A DNA stretch of 63,320 bases, the filler included, from Platydemus manokwari (taxonomy: Eukaryota), in the NCBI GenBank assembly GCA_037951405.1. It is 6 parts of 6 records of this genome, joined end to end, with 100 filler letters (N's around TTAATTAATTAA, not from the genome) between each part and the next. Parts side by side here need not be neighbours in the genome. Positions count along the whole stretch, not along the records: positions 10,440 to 21,952 come from JBBMOY010636656.1; positions 22,053 to 32,084 come from JBBMOY011176877.1; 4 more parts are not named here. The stretch is one strand, 5' to 3'. A program made the translations under genes and the position numbers. Below the pieces are notes generated by a model. That model worked only from the letters and a program-made list of their open reading frames with translations. It searched no databases and was not told the origin of the DNA. Below, piece after piece: positions 10,440 to 24,894 of this stretch. Each line of letters begins with the position of its first letter. Position 1 is the stretch's first letter.

Positions 10440-13400
10440 ATAATAAAGTTAATTTCGTTTGTATATGAAATAAAATCTAAAACCTTTTAACAAACATTCA
10501 TAAGGTTTCTGATAAAAATACGTCCGGTTCGCATGCATTCTAAATATCAAAAACTTAATTTCAAAGAATACTTAATATCGATTATTTTACACTTGTATCG
10601 AAATGAAAACGAAAGCAATTCAATTCAATACTAAATATGAAGAGCGAAATTTTAGAAAAAATAGACAATGATACTAAGAAATAGCTAAGCAGAAGTTTCA
10701 AAGCCGTCCAAATTCCGACCTTCGTAATCTTGGTGAAGGTACTCTAGTGGCAGCTGATTATCCAAAAAATGACTTAGTCATTGATGAACTGGAACGAGAA
10801 TCCAGCACAATGGATGAATAAAAATTTTATTTAGTTATAACACCAATTACATGTAAAATTAAATATTAATAAAATTTGATTAAGCAGTCAATACTTAAAA
10901 GTGTATAAAATCACTAGTTATTCAGTTTAGAGAAAACGTTTCTTTATTTAAGTGTATGAAATGCATTTATTATCTAATTTTCAGTATCTGTAATTACGTG
11001 CATAAGGTTAACCAAATACACTTGTTTGATTTCGCAAATCTTCATTTTTAACAAAATCTAACTTCTTCCTGAAACTGGAGCAGCACTCCCAAAACCGGAA
11101 CATTGAACGTGTTCCATTTTTTGGAGTTAAAGTGTATTTAATATAATTCATCAATATCGAAATATCTCTCCATCAATTCACAGGTTTTATTTAATTATTA
11201 TTAACGCTGAATAAAATATCACATTGTCTTCATCAATAAGCTTTGAGTTCAAAATAATATAAACTATAATCCCATTCACATAATGTTTAAAAATCATTCC
11301 TTTAACAATATAATTTCTAAATTCAACTTTCAACCAATTTGAATCCAAATAATATTTTCTCCATCACAAAAGTTCTTTTAAAATTTCATGAAAAGAAACT
11401 GATGCACTCTTTCCAATGAGCTTTTTAAAATATCATTTAGAAATTTAGAATAACAACTTGGTTTACTTGGTATTATATTATAACAATACATGTATGTTTG
11501 ATTTCAAAGACTTCTACCTTCAGTTTTTGTACATTGTTTGAATCTAAGGCCACACTGAAATATTTAGCCAAATTTATGCGGATAATACAAAACAATTATT
11601 TTGACATTGTAAAATAATAAAATGTTTATCGATCAATGAAATTCATTGACAGAATTTCAAAATAAAAACCATTAGAATTTCTATTTTACAATATCTAAAG
11701 CTGGTGGTTTCAATTCAATTTCATTTAAAGCCGTCAATATTTTCGCATCAACCAATTAGGAATAATCTCCAAAAATGAAAATTACTTAACAATTGACTTG
11801 CATCGAACGGAAATTTGTCATGATATCTATCAAGAAAAACAAATTTTTGCGGATAATAGAAATGTAGATATTTGATGACAATCGTTGATTTGACTGATCT
11901 ATAGAAAATCAAATTTCGAAAATTCATCAGGTGTCGACATTTCATGCGATATAATTGCAGCTACTCTTGAAAAGATTTACCCCCAATAAATTAATTACAC
12001 CTAAATATAACTGTTTCACTATTCTATAATTTGTTTCAATCATTTATTGTGTTGGCTATATTTCGTTAAAAAAGATTTCTAAAAATCAAAAAGTTGCCCT
12101 GATTAAATGTAGCATTTAAGCAAATGCCTATCACAGGTAAAAAATGTTTTCTGAAACCTCATAATTAAGCAACATAATTTCTCATGGTTATAGGAACAGA
12201 AAAAAGTTATAATTGAACAAAAACGCTCATATCCCATGTTGATTTGTTTTGATGAAATCTGAAATTGCTCGATTATTTTCGTCTTTTATTTTTCAAATGG
12301 GTTTTTTTCCCCTGTTTTTTCCCCATTTTTTTGTTTATCGTTTTGTTTTTTCCATTTTAATTGCTTGGTTTTTTTGTAATCAAATAAATCAAACAGATTT
12401 CATGAAGCTATATTCTCTTCATAGAGAGATCTACTCTATCATGATAGCAGTGATATGGAAAGAAAACGATGAAGAAAATAGCAATGAATGCAGTTGATGA
12501 TTTTATTTGTGATAAAAAAATCATCTGATTTTCAAATGGATTTTCTTATTCACTGATAAAAATGTTTTTACCTGGTTGGGGTCTATTTTTTTATTCCGTT
12601 AGTATTGGTAATTTTTATCATGTCAATTTCGTTCAATTTTAAATTTCACTTTAACTCGACATTTAAGAAAATGTTTTCGAAAAACTTTCAACACTTATTC
12701 CAAATTTACAAAAAAAAATAAAATTTACTGTATTTTAGTGGAAAAATAATTTACTCTGAAATTATTATAGATACATATTTCCATTAATATCAATAATTAT
12801 TTGTTAAAAAATATATTACTATTTAGATGATTGTATTTTGTTATAATAAATCCAAATTCAAACATATCTGTGAGGCAAATTATTTAAATCAAATCTTTAA
12901 TCAGCTTTGATTAGTCATCGCATGTGAAATTATTTATAATAATTTTTATCAACACTACAGGATTCAATTTATATTTAAATTTAACATTCGATATTATCAG
13001 TGTGAAATTTCTAAAATAAATTGAAATTTAAACATGAAGTTCTACTTTAATTATTATCAAATTTACGCTTTAATAAAATGGCTTTAAAAAGTGGAATAAC
13101 TAAGCACATGAATACTTGAATATATTAAACATATGAGATTATGATTGATCATTGTTCTGTTAATAACGGTTAATTTTGTTTGAAAAGCCATCAAAAAGTA
13201 ATTGGTATTGTAGATGTGAATATGTTAATCAGTGTATTTTGGATCAGAAAGCTAAAGATTGATTGTGACTTGAACTTTTTGGTGAATATGAGTTTAGTTG
13301 TTTCTATGATCTTGAAGTTTATGAATCAAGATAAAATAGAAGATGAAATCACAACGACCGATTATTCTACCTGATTGAGTTTTCAAATAATGAACTTCAC

Positions 13401-14545
13401 AACTGAACACCTCTGTCCATAAATAAAAACAATCCGCGATTCCTTTATTCAATGTCTCGAAATATGAATCATACCGAAGTATGTTTCAAGCTTAATAGTG
13501 AGAGATGCTAAAATTGAAATAGTATAAGATTTTATAGCTTTAAAATCTTTCTCTTACTGAGGATCTCAGAACTTTAATTAATTCTGGAAACAAAAGAGAA
13601 TCTCTTAAAGAACAGTGATCACTCTTCAAGGTTGATCAACCCGATAAAATTTCAGATAAGCGGTTCTCAGTTTCAATAATTTTCTTCCTATTTAGTATAA
13701 AGAATTTTTAAGATTACATTTTAGGGTTACATTTAGAATCGCAGAACTGTTTGCGTGGAATCAAATCAAATATTTATAATATTAGATGTACCAATGTAAC
13801 AGGGTGTCTTTCAATTAATACAACTCAATTAAGCTTTTAATATAATGTGATCTTCAAGTCCAGGGTCATACGACTGATTTTGTATATTTTTTAATAAATG
13901 TATTCAAGCCCAACGAAATAATTTAGTCGAGAAGATATCGGTGAATAACCAACAGAATTCATTCGACAGAAACATTTAACAACCTAGTAATTCTTCGGTA
14001 AAATATTCAATATTTATGTACTCTAATATTATGTTTATTACATCGAATTGAAACAATCGGATATTATATCTCCATATATTTAAAAATAGCTTTGGTGTAA
14101 ACAGAAATGATTCCATTGGTCAATTGTGTGTACAATGCATGGATAATATAATGAGTTCGAGCTCAGCAACACAGGTAGTTAGACAGTCAATCAAAATCTC
14201 ATTGTTTTCATATAAATTCTTGTAGGTTTCAAGTATCAACAACCGGTGATTACATCATGCCAATCCAGTTTCAAATTTTTGAATTGATGCTCAGGAATAT
14301 TGCAATGTCCTAAAATTACAGAATACTCATAATACGTCACATGTAATTATTATAAATGCAATTCCATTGTGTTAGCTAATGCTAGTTCGAAAAATTAAAT
14401 TTGCAAAGCAATCTAAAAACTTCAAACCACAATATTTAAGCAAAATATTGAAAAAAATCTTAATTAAAAAATTAGATTGCTCAATTTTAATCAGGCTATT
14501 CAATTCGCTGGTTAATATTCGTTGTATGATATTCGCACAAAATAG

Positions 14546-14604
<59 letters not shown>
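14546..14604. repeat. (ATT)n microsatellite
   Basis: Seen directly. Confidence 0.95.
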
Positions 14605-14605
<1 letters not shown>

Positions 14606-16029
14606 AATATCAGTATATATATTTATATGTGTTTCACACCTGAAATATCTTTAGTTATTAAACAACTTTCGATATCATCTGTGTTTGAAAAATAAATAGA
14701 TGTTTAATAATTTATTTGGGTTTGATTTATTTTTCCGGATTCGTTCGACAGTTTCTTCATTTGTTTTCGATAGTTGTAGTTGTTTTCTGGGTGTGTGGAG
14801 AAATTTTGTCGGTTAAAATATATTTTCAGCTTGAAAAGTACAAAAGAAAATCAAAATAAACTTTAATCAACTGGAGAATATCATATTACCAAAGTAGGGA
14901 TTTGGAAATTTGCTTTATTCACGACAGTTTTGATTAAAATTATCACTGAAGATCGCAAATAGTGTGTGAGCTTGAGTTTTAATTTTGAAAATTATTATTT
15001 CCATTTTTCTAATTATTTCACTTGTTTTTATAGTAAGGCGAAATTCAGTTATCGTCATCTCAATTTACGATAGACAGATCTTTAAAATTTCACTTTCGGT
15101 TTTATTTTTTGTATTGCAGCAACCGGTTGATTTCTTTAGCAGCATTGCCAGTTATTGATAAGGATTTATTTTTACTTCAATTATCTGAAAATGAAAAGCT
15201 AAATTAAAATCGTTCCTTTCAAGACCGTAATTGTTAGATAAATCGAAACTATTGTCGATGATATTGTGTATAACGTTTGGCATGTAGTAGCACATTCATG
15301 ATCATAGCAAACCATGATTCAGTTATTCATAATTACATACAATCATGTGAGGGACACAAATGTCACCTGCGGTTGTCTTGTTAGAATTTTGTATTGAATA
15401 AGAATGTAAGACTTCCGTCAATATTTTAAAAAAAAATTCTTTGAAAAGGATTCGACAAAATTGATTCTGATATTAAAAGTTTTTAACCATGGATATTAAA
15501 CCATACTTCAAAATTATTCAGTAATCAACACAAAGATATTGAGATTTATCATTTTTTATTCTTTATTTCATTTCAAAGCGTAAAAAATTAAATACTGACA
15601 AAGAAATATCAAAAATCAAATTTGTGACGAAACTTGAAATTGTTACTTTTGGAATAGAGAACCATAAAGAGATTAAATTTAAAAAAATTCGTTAAAATAA
15701 CTGTTGTATATCGCCTGATTTATTATTACAAATTCTAGACATTTCCATCAAAGAAACCTTGGGAAATAAACTATTTTAAGAAAGAAAGAATTCGTTATCA
15801 GCTTATTAAAACAATCAAGCATGTGCCTTATTATAAAAATATACACTTAAACAAAATTAAATAGCTATGCTTTAAATAAATATCATGCATTAAATCAATA
15901 CCATGCATTAAATTTAATAGCCTTACATTGATATAATCACAGAGGATTTCTCTCTGACTTGGTAGAATTAATAGCAGAGAATTTCTCACTACCTTAAAAA
16001 TTTCCAGTGCATTAAACAATTATGCATTA

Positions 16030-17220
16030 TAATAAATAAGTATTCGCAGAAAATATCCGCGAATGAGTCATCCCTGTCTGTATAAGGCAGCGACTGCAAT
16101 TAATAAACACAACAACGACAGTAAAATAGCAACACAATAACATAATCGACCCATAGCTATTTCGTTTGAAACGCGATAATACATCACACCATTATTACGA
16201 TCCGGGAAAGAAGATTCGATTGCGCATAAGGGATCAAAACTTTGTATATGCCCAGTACTTGTACTGGAAGAACATCAAATCCATAGGAAGATAAAGTAAG
16301 ATCCAATAAATATAAAATCATCCATAATTTATACACAATCGCATATTCTTCCTATCTATAGGGTTGATCTCAAACATCTTGAATAATCGGTTCGACTCCT
16401 CGTAGGAGCATTTGTAACTTTTGCCAGAGTTGTACTAATTTGTCCGTTTATGTGTATAGAAATATTTGGAAAAGCTAATTTTTATTAATTGTATACAAGT
16501 AGCAATTTATCAGTTTTTTGTATCGTCATACAGCTGTTGTAATTTATATTAATAAACTTTTTATCAAGGAAATTGGTTTTTGATATTAAATTGGCAAGTG
16601 CCGTTAGGTTCCACAAATCATTTTCTGTAAATAATATCATTATCAAAATTTATTTCATCACCTTTTTGGCAGGATATAGTTGAAGTAGTTAAAGGTTAAA
16701 AATAATATAGATCATTATAGCAATATGTAGACCAACGCATCCAGTCTTCATACGTGGATTGGTGTGATCGAGGCGAAGGAATATCAAAAATATTAGGTTT
16801 AGTGATTAACTGCGGGTCATAAGGACTCCGGGAACTCATTAGATTTAGATATTGCCAAAGCGAATAAAAATTCAAATTTTGAGATTAAAATCATAGACCC
16901 CACAAGCTTTGAAAATCAATTAATCATTACACATTCAAAGAACTCAGATATAATTATCAATAAATAACTTCCAGTGATCACTGTGGGACGTGCTCTAGCT
17001 TCTCAGAATTTCTTTAGCTTAAAACTGTCTCGACGAATGAAGGAAATATATTTTTTAAGTTTATAATACGTTCTTAATCTTTTAATTAAAATTTATGGTA
17101 TTAATTTATTTATGAATTCCCCGAAGGAAACCAAACAGCGTGAGACAATTCGATTTTAGAAAGAGCCTTACACTTTGTGAAGGAACACCACAAAGACAGC
17201 AGAAAAACAAATCCAATCGA
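16030..17220 (+). mobile_element. Highly decayed LTR-retrotransposon relic (LTR-like segment plus possible RNase H/pol remnants)
   Basis: 16040-16120 (gagtcatccctgtctgtataagg..aataaa) resembles the reverse complement of 34760-34820. TNASS..IGVI near 16730 resembles the Gypsy RNase H motif TDAS..IGAVL. Confidence 0.3.
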
Positions 17221-20200
17221 ATATTTTTTGCAACAAGTAAAATTATTTCATATTTTATAAACTTTATTAAAATCGCCGTTATTAATAATCGTTATTAATA
17301 ATTACTTATCTCTAAAACCTTCTGAAATTAGGAAATCAAATTAAGCCCTTTGACGCCTAACAATTCATATTACTATGCATAATTGTGTAATATAGAAGAA
17401 ACTCTAATCGAAAATTAAAAAAAATTCTTTTCAATAAATATTTATTTTCTTGAAAATATTGATTATCTATGAAAGAATAAAATTAGAATATTTTATGCTT
17501 AATTTCTGGTTATGTAAATTAGGATTCAACAATATCTATGATAAGCGTCAATATATGAAAAAAAGATTTAATTAAACGAATGATTTAGTTGATAGATTAA
17601 TTATTAACATTTTTTAACATCAACTATTTTAGTTTTTTATACATTAAATATGGATTCGAAAATTTAATCATTATTAATTTGTTTGTTTAAATCCATGGAT
17701 AATGTTTCGCAGTTAATAATAAGTTGAGCCATCAATTCAATAATTTATGAGTTAACGTGCACTATTGATACTAAACGATTAATAATAAATTTGTTGATAA
17801 TAATGATTGTTAGTTGACAAAATTTCTTCATCCTCGAGATTTAAATCAGGCGTCATTTTTTTCACAATATAATTATTATTACATCAATTTTCGAACAATT
17901 TATAGATTTTAAAACCGAGATTTGAAATTTCAAAATTAAAATTTTTCCTATCATATTTGTCTACATTTTTTAACACATTCCCACATTTTTATATTATATA
18001 TTTTTATCAAAAATTTTAATTTTATTTTAATAACTTTTTTATACTAACAGTTTAAAAGTATTGCTTTTCAAGATCCTTGGATTTTATAAATATTCAAATG
18101 GTTTGTCTACTTTTTACATAACTTGCCAAATTGTTTTGATATTGCGTAAATTTTAATTATCTATTGCATTTGTAAAAAATCATTTTGTTTCACTCTAATA
18201 TCCATCGCATTTTGAAATTAATAATCATATTGAGCATATCATCAAATGGCAACAAACACTTATATTCGCCAATGGCATGAGAGATGTAACAAATATTACT
18301 AGCATATCCAAGTATGAAAGAATTTAATTAATGAAAAATGAAGCTCAACAATCAGTAATCTTCATTCTGTTCTTTGAACTTTGTGTGATTTTTCAGACAG
18401 CCAGACTTTTTGGTTGTCTTTTATAATGTATCTAAATTTCGGATGCTGATCCCATCTTGAATGATAATTTACTATTGTATTGTAATACAATTTTAATTGA
18501 ACCTGTTGTAGTTCTTGTAGCTTCAATTATAATTTTCGGATTACATTGTTAGTTAATGCCTAATAATAACTATAATTAAAGGAACACACACGCATCAAAC
18601 TTTTTTCAAAGTAAAATAACTGGTTTCCATTGATAGGTTTTCATGGGACATTTACTGTGCTAGGAAGAATCATCCAAATCAATATTTTATTATTAAATAT
18701 TAATAATCGACTAAATAGGATATTTTAATTATAACACATTTTTTAAATTATTATTTATTACATTTCTCAACTAATTTAAATCGTTTCTTAAACATCATTA
18801 TATATATGATCAATAAATAAAATCACGATATATGAAATCATTATAAATCAAATAATTTATTTTTATAAAACAATATCGAATATTCATATTTATGTTTGAT
18901 CTATTATGGGCTTTGAAATGATATTTAATAAATCCTATTTTAATTTAATAATACAAGAAAAACGGAGGCTTTTGTTTTTGATATGGGACAAATTCCTAAT
19001 TGATGTCACCAAGTCAGATGCATGAACGAAACATCAAATGAACGAATTGTAAGAGAATCCCGACTGTATGATATCAATTGTAATTGCCTTGACTGTATAT
19101 CTACTGTATATATATTTTTAATGGTAATTTATCAGACATAGGATGCGATTATATACCATAATTTATTCTCTATAAATCAGACTATATAAAAAATATTATG
19201 CTGCATGGGATTTAAATTTTTTTATATATTTCTAAGATAGATAATAAATGATATTTTGTTGCCATGGAAAAAATATAAAAAATCGGATTTGAATTATTAG
19301 AGCTATGGATGAGCAATCTCGTTAACACTTGTATGTTTATGTTTTATCATTAAGCGCTTCAACACCAGAAATTACTGTTGTTTTGGAACGAATTTGAAAT
19401 GTTGGCTATGATGAATAACAATCTATGATGGGTTGGCGTGTGCTGTCATCTTGAAATCATGTAAGGTCACTAAAAATGTTCGATATTATATTGACTAATA
19501 ATGACATCATATTCAGCTATTGGAAAGACTTTAATAACCTCAACAACAAATATTGGCATCTGGAGCAATTTTTAAAGCATTTCTAATCTATAATAAGGAT
19601 CTAATTATTATTTAAAATATGTAATATATGAACATAACACTCATAATATCTTTCAAAATCTAATTAAATTAATGAAATTCGGCTAAGATTCGACACGATT
19701 TAGTTGATAATTTGAAATCATTAATAATAAAATTAAAATAGAATAAAAGGTTTAAATAGATCATTTTTTATAAAATTTAATTCAAGATAAATGGCAGTAA
19801 ATCAATGAAATATCTTAATTTATTTTAAAATATAAAATTCGGTTAATTTAAAGAAAAATATTTTGCTTGTCTCCAAACAATGTCATAACTTAGTAATTTA
19901 TTTGAAAACCTATAAATATTATTATTAAATCGATTTGTCATTTCTCAAATATGTATTTTTTGTGCCGCTGAGATTTAGAGCTTTAATTAATATTTTTTTG
20001 TTCATATTGCTTTGTTTTGGAAATTTGTTTTAGTCAATATATTGGACAATTTTTTGAAATTATAATGAATCTAATTTTAACCTCTACTATTTCATTGAAT
20101 ATGACTTGAGAACGATTTTGAAAGTTCAACCCAATCTATCTAATCAAAATATTCAAACAAACTGTGTTTATGGTTTGAGTAAAATATTTTTTTATTAATC

Positions 20201-21952
20201 TGATGTTTCTCTCTTTAAAACTTTTGATTTTCTTCACATTTCTTGTTATTATATTCTCTGTATTTTCTTTATATATTCTTGATAAATTTCGTGTTATTCA
20301 CTTTATCTGTATTTTCTGTCCTCTCTAACATTGATCTTGTCAGACCTGAATCGAATTGCATAATTATTAAATGGCATTCTAATAAATACGAAATTAAAAC
20401 AAATTCAGAAGTTCAACCTACAAAACCTATTTAATCAAAATATTTAAACGCGTAATACTTAATATATAAACACATGATATTTGTTTAAATAAGTGATTCG
20501 CGGAATAAATCTAATGAGCGTTAATATCAATGATGTAACTCAAACAAATCACATTGATTATTTATATTTTTAGTATAAATATATTTTTATTTAAAATGGT
20601 CACATAAATATTATAATTTGACTTTAAAATGCTCACACGCGTTATTATTATTATTATTATTTGCAATTAATTCGAACAATTGTTCTACCCGTCAAAGACA
20701 GTTTCATCGCTGTCATTTACATTGATTTTATCGGCTTGATTGAAAAATGAAATTTCTATCATTTTGTTTTAATTTGATTTTGAAAATTGAAGTGTAAATT
20801 TCGTTACGCGGCTGGTGAATAATTTTTTCATCATCAAATACTGAACAACTCAGGTTTTACCAATCGTTTTTTTGAAAATCATAGAATAATCTTATCAATC
20901 TGATAATCATCTTTTTCGGTAATTTGATCTTTATTGATTTTCGGTATTGATGGAAATATAAGCAATAAATTTCAATAATAAGGGAATAAAATGAAAATTT
21001 AATCTTTTCATCTAGACAGTATTTTCATAATTTAAGTGGTTTGTAATAAATATCGACATTATTAGTACACAGTATAAATGATCTTAAATTATTATTATTT
21101 TGCTATTATTATTAGTACGTGGGTTTGTTAATAAATGATTGCCTATTTCAGCAGCAAGTCCTATGATAAACCGGTTTCATACGTTCTAATAGCTATTCAA
21201 TAATAATAATGATATTTGTAAGAGAAATTCAATTAGAGCAGAATTTGATAGAATTTGACAAATTATTGAGTTATTTTGCTCTAAACATTTACTCATTTTT
21301 TATAATTGGTTTCTATGGGCAACCTTCCAATTGTAGTCGCCAATAGGTGGTTCAATGAGCTTTCACCTTTAATATTTATTTTAAAACACATTATTGAGAT
21401 CTAACGTGCGGCGAATTTGTTAATTTGGTGCTGATTCAACGAGTAACGAAAACATACAATCGATAAAAATCGTACAATGTTTATTAGATATATAAAGGTT
21501 GATATTAGATTCCACCACTGTCAGACTAGCAGCATAGCTATATTAGCACGTAGTTGGAGTTATATAATGAATCCCATGAGGATTTTAAAGTTTTGATATT
21601 GAATTCTTAAATAACCAAATTAAATGACTTGTAAATTTATTAAAAAACGATAATTTCTTTAAATGTTATATATAAATATACATTTTGTGTTGACTTATAA
21701 AAGGCTCTTCAATATACTTATTAAGTCCCTCTCGACGAAGTTAGTTTTTGACGGTTTGCATTTCATTTGTATTATTTATCACACCAACTCAACCGATCAA
21801 AACATATTTCATTGAATTGCAAGTAATAGCAATTATTTCGGTATGTATGCATTTCCCAGTGCGGAACAAAAATGACTATGGAACAAACTCGACAACCTAC
21901 TCCGAAACCTCCAAGCGATTGAAGAAACCATGACTCTCAGACAATCTATATT

Positions 21953-22052
21953 NNNNNNNNNNNNNNNNNNNNNNNNNNNNNNNNNNNNNNNNNNNNTTAA
22001 TTAATTAANNNNNNNNNNNNNNNNNNNNNNNNNNNNNNNNNNNNNNNNNNNN
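21953..22052. other. Assembly gap spacer
   Basis: N44-TTAATTAATTAA-N44. Confidence 0.98.
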
Positions 22053-22269
22053 CTTGGTGATATTTTTGAGGTACATTTTCAAATTTTATAATGATACATA
22101 TGATCGAATGTCATTGAAATATCTACAAATCAATAAAATAGAGTATGAAACTACTAGGAAATATTGTAATAGTTTTATCAACATAAAACTAATGACATTT
22201 TCTAATCGTGTTACAAATTGAATAATAAGTGTCGAGAATTCATTTCTTATCATCGATTTTATTTTTCAG

Positions 22270-24894
22270 ATTCCTTTTTTAAATATGGAAGGAAAGATAT
22301 TCCATTTCTCAATAATGTTGATTGGTGCAATATATATCTGTTGGCGGTTTGTTAGAATTATATTGGGTGGTGGTACTGGTCGACATGGGGCCACAATTGC
22401 TGTTAGTACATCAATGCCATATTGTCATTTGTCATTGACAAATTAATTGTTTAGAATACGTCCATACTGTTTCCAGTTTGCCCAATCGCTCTTGTTATCG
22501 GATTAGCAATCACTGTCGCAATAAAATCTCCTAATCAAATTTATCAGCAATATCCATGTCTTTTTCTTATCAGTTTTGGAATGGTTGCTTGTAAAGTAAC
22601 TCACAAATTAGTGGTTAGTTAACATTTTTTTAAAGTTTTTTTATTAAATTTCTCAATTAATTCAAACAAGATTTACTCATCAACTTCATTTAACCGCTCT
22701 TTTGATGTCAATTAATTATTATTTATCATTATATTTTGTTAGATATATTCATTTATCATTATATTTTGTTAGATATATTCATTTATCATTATATTTTGTT
22801 AGATATATTCATTTATCATTATATTATATCTTTTATCGATGAATTTGTTTGGCATTAGCATGAGTGCATTTGTGTTGAACATTTAATATGTAATAATTTA
22901 ACAACAAATAATAAATATAATTATTACATATATATATATATATATCAGAAATCTTTCGATACTAGTTCAAGAAAATGACATTTTGGCCCATGATAAATGA
23001 TCAAAAAATGCATTATTATCAATCAGAAATTCAGATTATTTGAAATTATGCTGTTAGTTTGGACTTAAACTGAATATCTTAATAATTATAATAATATTTA
23101 AAATTGTCTCTATTGTTTATTTTGATGTATATTAATGTTAATTTAATATATATTTCGATAATGATAATTATTTTCTCCTTGGAATATCATTGATAATAAC
23201 GATCTCGAATTTGTAACCAATTCCAAAGTTATTCTGGGAACCACTTGTCACGGTGAGATAATGAATACAATGGTGACGCGTATGTGATGATATTGATTAT
23301 TATATTTATCAAGTGACCGATGATGATAATGTTGTGATATTGATGTGATTATTATCAAGATTATGATTATTTATTTAACTCATTATTGATTGAATTTATC
23401 AATAATATCTTTCAGGTAGCACATATGACCAAGAGTGAATTAAGTCTGTTTGATAGTGAATTAATCGGTCCCACCATGCTGATCATGAACCAGTATCTCT
23501 TCAATACTTATTTCAATGAATGTATGGTACTTTGGTGTTGTTGTGTAAGTGGGTTTATTTTCTAAAATTAAAATCCCCTATCATATTATATTATAATTAT
23601 TTCATAAATTTGTCCAGGGTTTATTAATTATAAGTTACAATATGTAGTTCAACTGATAAATCTGTTTTGTAGTCATTTTTTCTCATCAGTTAGAACATCA
23701 AATCTATTATTTTTTATTTAAGCTCATTGGCACATTCAAACAAAAAACAATTTCATTCACATTAACTTATCAATAGCCATAGGAGGCCTGTTTGTAATTG
23801 CATTTTAATTTAATCTCAGCATAAGATTTTCATTGCAAAACTAATTCATATATTTTCCAGTATAGAACTATTCCAATAATCATTACGAAAGTGCAACATT
23901 AAAAGTTCGATCGGATCACATTTTAATATGAATTATTATCGATATTTGTGCTACTGGCGTATATATAATATTGATAGCTATTGAACGCCGGTTTAAAATT
24001 TCATTTCATATTTTAAATATTATTTATATTTTCTTGGCTTGTTACAGTTTACTGAGAGTAATGAGTTTATAATTTATTTTTTATTTCCAGGACAAATATT
24101 AAGGGTCCTTTTACGGTTATATTTTTGTAATATTGATAATATTTTCTAAAATAAAATAATTATAATATAATAATGTCTCTAATTGACCACTTGCTAGATA
24201 TTGCCATTCTTCAACAAAATTTTTCACAATTCCCGCACAGTTGATACAATTCCTTTATAAGAATAAATTTACAACCATGTCGAGTGATTCCGAATGTTAA
24301 TAAATTCAAATTAAAATAGTATAAAACGATATTTAGATCGTAAGACAGTGTAATTGTTATGATAAATTTATGAGTTATTAATTTGCTGATGTAGAAATTG
24401 TTATTTGTGTTGCAATTAAACTGATTGAAGTGTCATTATAAGCTTAATATTATTCTCTTATTTAACGCTATTTATTATCATTTTATCAGTGTTTTAATTG
24501 CTTATATTGTTGGAACTTTATCATTAAATTATAGCTGTGAAATTTTACTGAATTTATGAACTCATTGTATAGCACTACCACGTGAAGTAGTGGTGATTCA
24601 TGTTTTTGGGCTTTAATATTACCGATAATCTGGTTTATTACTGATATATTTATATACTTGCCATAGATATACTCGACATACAATATGCTATCCTACACCA
24701 GGGCGATATGCGTTCAAATAGCAGACTATCTAAATATCTACATATTCAGTGTTGCCAAGGTGACAGACGCTCCGGCTAATTGCCAAGTTAAGAACAATGC
24801 AAATTCCTCTCAAGGTATTCGAAGCTTCAATCAATCATTCAAGTCCATTGCTTCGAATAAATTCATAATTCCTGTGGATAAGAAGACATTTTGA
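22270..24894 (+). CDS. CEPT1: Choline/ethanolamine phosphotransferase (CEPT1/CHPT1 family), 3' half; exons 22270-22401, 22455-22613, 23416-23544, 24667-24894
   Basis: Spliced translation IPFLNMEGK..RIILGGGTGRHGATIA|NTSILFP..YPCLFLISFGMVACKVTHKLV|VAHMTKSELSLFDSELIGP..|IYSTYNMLSYTRAICVQIADYLNIYIF. It matches the CEPT1 C-terminal half (GGVGKNGSTIA, HPCLYILTFG, KLVVAHMTKSE), with all junctions GT-AG in phase 0. The 5' exons are not seen, probably lost in the gap. Confidence 0.92.
22721..22824. repeat. 30-bp tandem repeat (atttatcattatattttgttagatatattc) x3+ in a CEPT1 intron
   Basis: Seen directly. Confidence 0.92.
23650..24060 (+). pseudogene. Possible decayed class A GPCR fragment nested in a CEPT1 intron
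   Basis: NNFIHINLSIAIGGLFVIAF* (TM2-like, N.FI.NLSIA) and IDICATGVYIILIAIERRFKI (TM3-like, IAIER) occur at appropriate spacing, with stops. Confidence 0.35.

Noticed and set aside
14379-14606. 75-aa ORF with poly-Leu tail
   Set aside because: Translation of the (TTA)n microsatellite.
21400-21450. Possible CEPT1 5' exon (GE..GADS resembling GELFDHGCDS)
   Set aside because: Requires a frameshift, lacks the DGKQARR motif and has no clear splice sites.
22721-22824. CRISPR-like 30-bp repeats
   Set aside because: Head-to-tail units without spacers in a eukaryotic intron; a minisatellite.
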